Made by a program: the position numbers and the translations under genes. DNA of 32,000 nt from Candidatus Minimicrobia sp. QA0096. GTDB lineage: Bacteria; Patescibacteriota; Saccharimonadia; Saccharimonadales; Saccharimonadaceae. Positions 26,188 through 32,000 of the stretch are shown here, one piece after another. Location of the stretch: contig NZ_OZ017288.1 of NCBI RefSeq assembly GCF_963967315.1, positions 390,001-422,000 of the forward strand, in the 5' to 3' direction. The notes beneath the pieces were generated by a model that was not told where the DNA came from, searched no databases, and was given only the letters and a program-made list of their open reading frames with translations. Numbering within the stretch: the stretch's first letter is position 1; every line of letters starts with the position of its first letter.

Positions 26188-28062
26188 TTACGAATGCAGT
26201 TTAGCTTCTTTTGGTAATTTAGTGCCTTTAAGAATCTCGTCAACCTCAGATTCTTCCAGAGTTTCTTCCTTTAGTAGAGCCTCGGCCAACTTATCAAGGA
26301 ACGAACGGTTCTCTTTCAATACCAACATTGCACGATGTTTAGCTTCGGTAATCAATTGCGCGACTTCCTCATCAATCATCTTCGCAGTCTCATCAGAATA
26401 CGGACGCTCTCTGGTCATCTTATCGAACATCAAGCCGCCGTTATCTTCATGGAATACTTGATCGCGCAAGCCCTTGCCCATTCCTTGCTCAATCACCATA
26501 TCACGGGCAATTTCAGTCGCTTTTCGCAAATCCGAACCAGCGCCAGTGGTAATTCCGTCGTCGCCGTAAATCAATTGCTCAGCGATTCGTCCGCCCATTG
26601 CCCGAGCCAAAATATCCTTAAACTCGTAAACATTTGTGTAGCTCTTATCTTCTGGCGGCAAGAACCACGTTACTCCACCAGTACCGCCGCGCGGAATAAT
26701 CGTAACCTTGTGGACTGGGTCGGAATCAGGCAAGACGTGACCAACAATTGCGTGGCCAGCTTCGTGATAAGCAGTTAGTTCTTTCTCGTGATCGTTCATT
26801 ATTTTGGTCTTGCGCTCTGGACCAATTGCCACACGCTCAAACGCCTCAGTTAATTCGTCATTTGAGATCTTCTTCTTGTTGCGACGAGCGGCAATAATTG
26901 CAGCTTCATTAGCCATATTTGCCAAGTCCGCACCAGATGAGCCAGCAGTTTTTGCCGCCAATTTATCAAGATCAACAGTTTCGTCAGTCGGCTTTTTCTT
27001 AAAGTGAACTTTCAGAATTGCCTCACGATCTTTACGCTCTGGTAATGTAATATTCACACGTCGGTCAAATCGTCCAGGGCGAAGTAAAGCTGGGTCCAAA
27101 ACATCCGCTCGGTTGGTTGCCGCCAAAACAATAACGTTCGTTTCGCCATCAAATCCATCCATCTCCACCAAAATCTGGTTCAGAGTTTGCTCGCGTTCAT
27201 CATGACCGCCACCCATACCAGAACCACGCTTACGACCCACGGCATCAATCTCGTCAATAAATATAATGCACGGCGCATTTTTCTTAGCCTTAGAGAATAG
27301 GTCTCGTACTCGGCTAGCACCAACACCAACAAACATTTCCACAAATTCAGAACCGGAGATCGAGAAGAATGGCACGCCAGCCTCACCGGCAACAGCACGA
27401 GCTAGCATCGTCTTACCTGTACCTGGATTACCGACTAACAATACGCCTTTTGGAATCTTTGCACCCAAATCTTTATATTTCTTCGGATGCTTAAGAAAAT
27501 CAACAACTTCCTGCAGATCTTGCTTGGCGTTATCATTTCCAGCGATATCCGTAAACAGAACCTTTTCTTTATCTTGTCCATACAGGCGAGCCTTGCTCTT
27601 ACCAAATCCCATAGCTTGATTATTTTGGCCCTGAGCTTGGCGCATCATAAACATAAAGAACACCACGACAATCAACACAGGCACGACCATAACAGCCAAG
27701 TTCCACATGGTTTCGCCGGTTGTGGATGGTGGAATAACCTTCACCTCAACCTTAGCATCCTTGTTCAAGCCCTGCTCATAAATGCTACTAGATTCCTTGA
27801 CTGAATGCTCGGTAGGTTTTGATTGATCCTTTGGAGTAATCTTAATATCGTTTCCTTGAACCTCCAATTGAGCAATTTTACCGTCATTTGCTCGACGCAC
27901 TACATCAGACAAAGCTACATCTTTAAGATTTGACGCAGGGAAGAGTGTTGCGTAAAAAATTAACGCTACAAAAATTATAATTGCCCAAAACAATCCAAAT
28001 CGTAAAATTTGACTTATTCTATTCTTTCCATTTCTTTGAGGCATCTTAACAGCCATTCTCAA
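26188..28062 (-). CDS. ftsH: ATP-dependent zinc metalloprotease FtsH
   Basis: Two N-terminal TMs, AAA+ module ([23 protein letters not shown] region) and HEAGHA zinc motif. The track start at 28062 is TTG; the ATG at 28056 (MAVKMPQ) is an equally plausible start. Confidence 0.96.
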   Translation of the reverse strand: MRMAVKMPQRNGKNRISQILRFGLFWAIIIFVALIFYATLFPASNLKDVALSDVVRRANDGKIAQLEVQGNDIKITPKDQSKPTEHSVKESSSIYEQGLNKDAKVEVKVIPPSTTGETMWNLAVMVVPVLIVVVFFMFMMRQAQGQNNQAMGFGKSKARLYGQDKEKVLFTDIAGNDNAKQDLQEVVDFLKHPKKYKDLGAKIPKGVLLVGNPGTGKTMLARAVAGEAGVPFFSISGSEFVEMFVGVGASRVRDLFSKAKKNAPCIIFIDEIDAVGRKRGSGMGGGHDEREQTLNQILVEMDGFDGETNVIVLAATNRADVLDPALLRPGRFDRRVNITLPERKDREAILKVHFKKKPTDETVDLDKLAAKTAGSSGADLANMANEAAIIAARRNKKKISNDELTEAFERVAIGPERKTKIMNDHEKELTAYHEAGHAIVGHVLPDSDPVHKVTIIPRGGTGGVTWFLPPEDKSYTNVYEFKDILARAMGGRIAEQLIYGDDGITTGAGSDLRKATEIARDMVIEQGMGKGLRDQVFHEDNGGLMFDKMTRERPYSDETAKMIDEEVAQLITEAKHRAMLVLKENRSFLDKLAEALLKEETLEESEVDEILKGTKLPKEAKLHS

Positions 28063-28084
28063 CTAATCCTTTCGCCTATACTAA

Positions 28085-28921
28085 TCAAACTCTCTTTATT
28101 ATAACACTTCTTAGCGTCAATTTCATCACAATGCCGCCGCCAACTTGCCAACAAGAGCCAGCTTTTCCAGTTTTTATAGCAATTAGCATACGCTCCAATT
28201 GAGAACCCAGTAACGACACATCATAATGTCGTAAAACGTAATAATATAGTAATTCTTGTGCGACATTATCATCTATCATCGTCAAAAAATACCGACTAAG
28301 CACTTCTCCATCAAACTTCTCTATTTCCTGCTCAATTTCTCCTCTTAATTCTCTCTGTTTTCGCCACACCTCATACACTCCAAGCTTCTGATATTCATCA
28401 AGCTCACGATTTATCTTACGCCTAAATTTATTCCTCTGATACAAGTCGCTTTGATTCGTCTCGTCTTCACACCATTCCAATTTCTGGCGAATCGCATATT
28501 CATAAATTCTCTGCTTTGTCCAACCATTCATCGGCCTAACTATTTGACTATCACTCATCCCCGCCAAGCCTCGCCACCTGGAGCCACGCTTAAGGTTCAT
28601 TGCTACAGTTTCAATAATGTCATCTCGGTGATGTGCCGTCACTATCACGCCATCAAAATCCGTCGCCACGCCACGCAAAAATTCATAACGCCTTTGGCGC
28701 GCCAATTCTTCACTGGCATCAGCCCCTAGCTTTTCGCGCCGACAAACAAATTGTATTTTATATCTATCAGCTAAAGCCTCGACAAATCTAGCATCACTCG
28801 CCGAATCTTCACGAATTCCGTGGTCAAAATGAGCGACCACCAAATCTTTTTCCGTTCGTGACATCAAATCCAGCAAAACTACCGAATCAATCCCACCACT
28901 GACTGCGATAATATATCTCAC
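28085..28921 (-). CDS. tilS: tRNA(Ile)-lysidine synthetase TilS (short form, 278 aa)
   Basis: MRYIIAVSGGIDSVVLLDLM has the PP-loop SGGxDS, followed by VAHFDHGIR..S and TAHHRDD motifs. GTG start, with TGaGATAAT 6 nt upstream. Confidence 0.9.
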   Translation of the reverse strand: MRYIIAVSGGIDSVVLLDLMSRTEKDLVVAHFDHGIREDSASDARFVEALADRYKIQFVCRREKLGADASEELARQRRYEFLRGVATDFDGVIVTAHHRDDIIETVAMNLKRGSRWRGLAGMSDSQIVRPMNGWTKQRIYEYAIRQKLEWCEDETNQSDLYQRNKFRRKINRELDEYQKLGVYEVWRKQRELRGEIEQEIEKFDGEVLSRYFLTMIDDNVAQELLYYYVLRHYDVSLLGSQLERMLIAIKTGKAGSCWQVGGGIVMKLTLRSVIIKRV

Positions 28922-28955
28922 ACATCCATTATCTCACAATTTACCTAAAACGTAT

Positions 28956-28984
28956 TTGGCAAATTTTATACTATCTGTTACAAT
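28956..28984 (+). promoter_or_regulatory. Sigma-70-type promoter for the downstream tRNA (TTGGCA-N17-TACAAT)
   Basis: TTGGCA at 28956-28961, a 17-nt spacer, and TACAAT at 28979-28984. The tRNA 5' end is 12 nt downstream. Confidence 0.5.
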
Positions 28985-28995
28985 CAATGCAGTGT

Positions 28996-29072
28996 GGCAC
29001 CGTAGCTCAGCTGGTTAGAGCGCAGGACTCATAAGCCTGAGGTCGGTGGTTCGGGTCCACCCGGTGCTACCA
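28996..29072 (+). tRNA. tRNA with CAU anticodon, non-initiator (probably elongator tRNA-Met), CCA encoded
   Basis: GGCACCGTAGCTCAGCTGGTTAGAGCGCAGGACTCATAAGCCTGAGGTCGGTGGTTCGGGTCCACCCGGTGCTACCA folds as a cloverleaf with loop CTCATAA. Position 1:72 is paired (G-U) and the anticodon stem has no GGG/CCC, so it is not an initiator. Confidence 0.88.
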
Positions 29073-29084
29073 GAAATTATCTTT

Positions 29085-29110
29085 CCTCGTCAATACGACG
29101 GGGAATTTTT
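29085..29110 (+). terminator. Rho-independent terminator after the tRNA
   Basis: CCTCGTC-AATAC-GACGGGG is a 7-bp stem with one G-U, followed by AATTTTTTAT. Confidence 0.55.
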
Positions 29111-29123
29111 TATAGATACTGAA

Positions 29124-29288
29124 TTAAATTAGCTCAAGCTCTTCAGATTGAACGCCGTCCAAAGCCGCCAATCGTCGTGACACAAAACTATCCAATTCCC
29201 ATGAATTACGCTGACGCTCCCACGTTGCTAAATCCTTTTTTCGGGTTACTTCTAAAAATTCAGCTAATTCACTGGTGTTGATTTCCAT
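29124..29288 (-). CDS. Possible small protein (54 aa), unknown function
   Basis: Below the ORF-track cutoff. ATG at 29286-29288 is preceded by AAAGGAAAAAAT. Translation is MEINTSELAEFLEVTRKKDLATWERQRNSWELDSFVSRRLAALDGVQSEELELI. It occupies an otherwise empty 350-bp gap. Confidence 0.3.
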   Translation of the reverse strand: MEINTSELAEFLEVTRKKDLATWERQRNSWELDSFVSRRLAALDGVQSEELELI

Positions 29289-29428
29289 ATTTTTTCCTTT
29301 TTTGTGTTAATTATTTAACTGTCTTTATACTATCATAAATTTGACAAAAAAGCAATACCTTTTTCGGTCATTATTTACCTTTTCATTCCGCTTGTGGTAC
29401 ACTGGTAGAGAAGGATTTATACACAAAA

Positions 29429-30166
29429 ATGACCCCTGTAACAATCTCATCACTGGCCACCATAATTTTTGCAGCGATTATTCACGCTAGTTTTCAGCTT
29501 AGCGTCAGTGTTTTAACGTTACTTAGCGGACATTCAATTGGCAAAAAAACCGCCCAGAGAAAGATTTTTCGTATGAGCAACAGTTTTGTACTTGGAGTCG
29601 CAATGATCACCTTGTTATTTATCAGCTCAATTTCCTATTTCTTATCACTATTCATCCACCACGTCACCAGCGCAGAGCAACTCGTTGCCGCCGTCTCTTC
29701 AGGGATGATGTTTGGATTAGGAATCGCAATTTGGGCGTTCTACTTTCGACGACAACCAGGAACTTCGTTATGGCTTCCACGCAATTTTGCAGAATATTTA
29801 AACAAGCGCACCAAAAAAACCAAAAATTCCATAGAAAGCTTTGCCCTGGGAATAATTAGTGTTATTGCAGAAATCGTATTTATTATCGCGCCAATTATCG
29901 CCGCCAGTCTGGCTATTATCACCCTACCAAACCCCTTCTTGCAAATCGTCAGCATAGCGATCTACGTCATCGTGTCCACACTGCCGTTATTTGTCGTTAT
30001 CGTCTTGATCGGCAGCGGACGCAGCATCTCTAATTTACAACGTTGGAGAGAAGATCATAAGAGATTTTTGCAATTCGCCAGCGGCGGTAGCTTACTAATT
30101 TTGGCGGCATTCCTATTTGTCGATCGCGTTATTGGCGTCATTAGCTATGGAGGCAATCTATGGTAA
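29429..30166 (+). CDS. Hypothetical integral membrane protein (about 6 TM)
   Basis: 245-aa hydrophobic ORF. Its stop overlaps the start of the next gene (ATGGTAA). No motif recognised. Confidence 0.6.
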   Translation: MTPVTISSLATIIFAAIIHASFQLSVSVLTLLSGHSIGKKTAQRKIFRMSNSFVLGVAMITLLFISSISYFLSLFIHHVTSAEQLVAAVSSGMMFGLGIAIWAFYFRRQPGTSLWLPRNFAEYLNKRTKKTKNSIESFALGIISVIAEIVFIIAPIIAASLAIITLPNPFLQIVSIAIYVIVSTLPLFVVIVLIGSGRSISNLQRWREDHKRFLQFASGGSLLILAAFLFVDRVIGVISYGGNLW

Positions 30167-30447
30167 AGCCAGGTCAAATTGACGTCATCAAACAAGGAAA
30201 ACGACCACCAGAGGAGTTTAGTCCAGATAAGCTCCACAATTCCATAATTGCCACCTGCCTAAGCGTTCGCACACCAGAAGGTCAAGCTCAAGACATCGCA
30301 AAAACCGTCACTTTGGGCGTTATGAATTGGTGCGAAACTCACCCAGAAATAACCTCTGCCGATATCCGCCGCCAAGCACAACGCATTATGAAAACTCTAC
30401 ATCCTGACGCAGCCTATTTATATAAAAATTATAAAACCATAATTTAG
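30160..30447 (+). CDS. Stand-alone ATP-cone domain protein (95 aa)
   Basis: IDVIKQGKRPPEEFSPDKLHNSI..A......E.....I...V........EITSADIRRQ....L......AYLYKNY follows the ATP-cone pattern seen in NrdR and RNR N-termini. GGAGG SD 6 nt upstream. Confidence 0.68.
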   Translation: MVKPGQIDVIKQGKRPPEEFSPDKLHNSIIATCLSVRTPEGQAQDIAKTVTLGVMNWCETHPEITSADIRRQAQRIMKTLHPDAAYLYKNYKTII

Positions 30448-30455
30448 GAGATTTG

Positions 30456-31826
30456 ATGTCGCAAAAACCAACTTTTGACTATGACTATATCGTAATTGGT
30501 AGTGGCGCTGGCGGTTCACCTGCAGCCAACATATTAGCAAGTGCCGGAAAAAAAGTTGCTGTTGTAGAAAAATCAACATTCGGCGGGGAATCACCAAACT
30601 GGGGAGATGTACCAACTGGATTTTTAACTCATGCTCTTAATGTTTATCAAACAGCCAAAGATGCCGCTAAATTTGGGCTGCGCACTAACTTGGTTGGGTA
30701 TAATTACCCTTCTCTGCTCTCCTGGAAAGACAAAGTTGTAAAGAGAACTGGAGCTGGCGGCAATCGATATTATTACGAAAAGCAAGGCATTAGTGTTTTT
30801 GCTGGCAATGCACACTTCTTGAGTCCGAACGAAATAGCCATCAATCGAAGACACTTGTCCGCTCGCAAATTTCTCATTGCAACTGGATCTGATTGGCAAA
30901 TTCCAGAAATACCTGGGTTAAATGCCGTTTCTTATTACACTCTAAAAACTATTTTTAGCTTGAAGCGCCCACCAAAAACCATGTTCATTGTTGGCGCGGG
31001 AGCTACAGCACTAGAATTGGCGCATGTCTTCTCCACCCTGGGAACGAAAGTTTACGTAGCAGAGAAATCGTCCAGAATATTATCAACATTTGACCCAGAA
31101 ATCGGCACTTTGATTACGAATGACGCAAAAAATCGCAATATTTCAATCTTAGCTCGCACTAAGATTATCGCTATACAAAAATCGTCTATACAAAAGCGCG
31201 TCATTTTTCTGCAGGGGCGAATAGAGAAATCTGTACGCGTTGATGAGATTCTAATTGCCGACCAACAATTGCCTGCGACAGATTTAGGCTTAGAAAACGC
31301 TGGCGTAAAATATACCGAAAATGGCATTTTGGTTAATTCTTACCTGCAAACTTCCGCTCGGCATATTTTTGCCGCAGGAAATGTAACTGACGCCAATATC
31401 CAAACTCACACAGCTTTAGCGCAGAGTCGTATTGCGGCTCATAATTTGCTACATAATAATAAGATTAAATTCAATGATTCCCCACGCCTACAAGTTGCAT
31501 TTACTCAGCCAGAAATAGCTCAAATTGGAATGAATGAATATGATTGTAAGGTGAAAGGAATAAGCGCAAAAATAGCAATTGTTCCGCTCACGACTACCGT
31601 ACGCAGCAATATTACCGACCAGCGAATAGGTTTTGTGAAATTGATCGTTGATAAGAAGCGAGTTGTCGTAGGCGGAACGATCGCCGGACCGCACGCTAGC
31701 GATATGGCAGCCGAGCTAGCCCTGGCCGTTCGACATAAAATTACCAGCGAAGAACTAGCGTCCACTCCGCATTGTTTTACTTCTTGGTCAGAAGCCGTGC
31801 GAATTGCCGCTGGAAAACTTCTATAA
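30456..31826 (+). CDS. FAD/NAD(P)-binding pyridine nucleotide-disulfide oxidoreductase family protein lacking the redox-active cysteine pair
   Basis: DYIVIGSGAGGSPAA is the FAD GxGxxG motif, FIVGAGATALELA is the NAD(P) GxGxxA motif, and IFAAGNV is the second FAD motif, with a C-terminal dimerisation domain. The expected GGxCxNxGCxP reads GGESPNWGDVP. The ATG at 30456 follows an AGGAG SD; the track's 30453 is TTG. Confidence 0.85.
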   Translation: MSQKPTFDYDYIVIGSGAGGSPAANILASAGKKVAVVEKSTFGGESPNWGDVPTGFLTHALNVYQTAKDAAKFGLRTNLVGYNYPSLLSWKDKVVKRTGAGGNRYYYEKQGISVFAGNAHFLSPNEIAINRRHLSARKFLIATGSDWQIPEIPGLNAVSYYTLKTIFSLKRPPKTMFIVGAGATALELAHVFSTLGTKVYVAEKSSRILSTFDPEIGTLITNDAKNRNISILARTKIIAIQKSSIQKRVIFLQGRIEKSVRVDEILIADQQLPATDLGLENAGVKYTENGILVNSYLQTSARHIFAAGNVTDANIQTHTALAQSRIAAHNLLHNNKIKFNDSPRLQVAFTQPEIAQIGMNEYDCKVKGISAKIAIVPLTTTVRSNITDQRIGFVKLIVDKKRVVVGGTIAGPHASDMAAELALAVRHKITSEELASTPHCFTSWSEAVRIAAGKLL

Positions 31827-31856
31827 TTACCTCTGATGCGCTATAATAAGTCTCAC

Positions 31857-31932
31857 GGGGGCGTAGCTCAGGGGTTAGAGCAGTCGGCTCATAACCGATT
31901 GGTCGCTGGTTCGATCCCAGCCGCCCCCACCA
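31857..31932 (+). tRNA. tRNA with CAU anticodon, non-initiator (candidate tRNA-Ile2 / lysidine substrate), CCA encoded
   Basis: GGGGGCGTAGCTCAGGGGTTAGAGCAGTCGGCTCATAACCGATTGGTCGCTGGTTCGATCCCAGCCGCCCCCACCA folds as a full cloverleaf with a paired G1-C72 and no GGG/CCC in the anticodon stem. TATAAT at 31842-31847 lies upstream. Confidence 0.88.
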
Positions 31933-32000
31933 CATTCTGAATTTGAACTTGATAATCATAAGATGAATATTTTTACCATTCCTGCTACAATATTATGTGG

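Overview
The window looks like a compact, gene-dense bacterial chromosome segment. Almost every gene from 923 to 28921 is on the minus strand, and intergenic spacers are short. Gene content suggests a reduced-genome, Saccharibacteria/CPR-like organism: type IV pilin, ComEC without a nuclease domain, a lamin-tail-domain surface protein and compact housekeeping genes. That taxonomic guess is inference only. In minus-strand order, the recognisable core genes are tilS, ftsH, murJ, lepA, a 5'-deoxynucleotidase, a guanylate-kinase-like gene, an LssY-like membrane protein, hrcA-grpE-dnaK-dnaJ, a 1043-aa polytopic membrane protein, a rimB-like/rimK pair, a DUF192 gene, tRNA-Lys, comEC, yebC, an LTD surface protein, ruvC-ruvA-ruvB, a PH-domain membrane protein and recA (edge-truncated). 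On the plus strand are a type IV pilin, two CAU-anticodon tRNAs, and a three-gene operon (membrane protein, ATP-cone protein, flavoprotein oxidoreductase). The most unusual observations are these. (1) lepA/EF4 is cut into two still-intact ORFs by a ~1.8 kb same-strand insertion. The insertion carries an unknown acidic protein, a MazG-like pyrophosphohydrolase, a SemiSWEET transporter, an IS256-family transposase remnant and an internal ~57-bp direct repeat. (2) A (TGn)TATAAT-N6-ATG arrangement recurs at about 10 genes, implying widespread leaderless transcription. (3) The chaperone cluster is divided into three CIRCE-controlled promoter units, with two CIRCEs bracketing the dnaK -10 box. (4) A surface-anchored double-LTD protein with five two-cysteine repeats sits between yebC and ruvC. 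(5) A disulfide-reductase-family flavoprotein has lost both redox cysteines and is coupled to a stand-alone ATP-cone protein. No CRISPR array or rRNA was seen. All calls come from reading the sequence and ORF translations by eye; no database search was possible.
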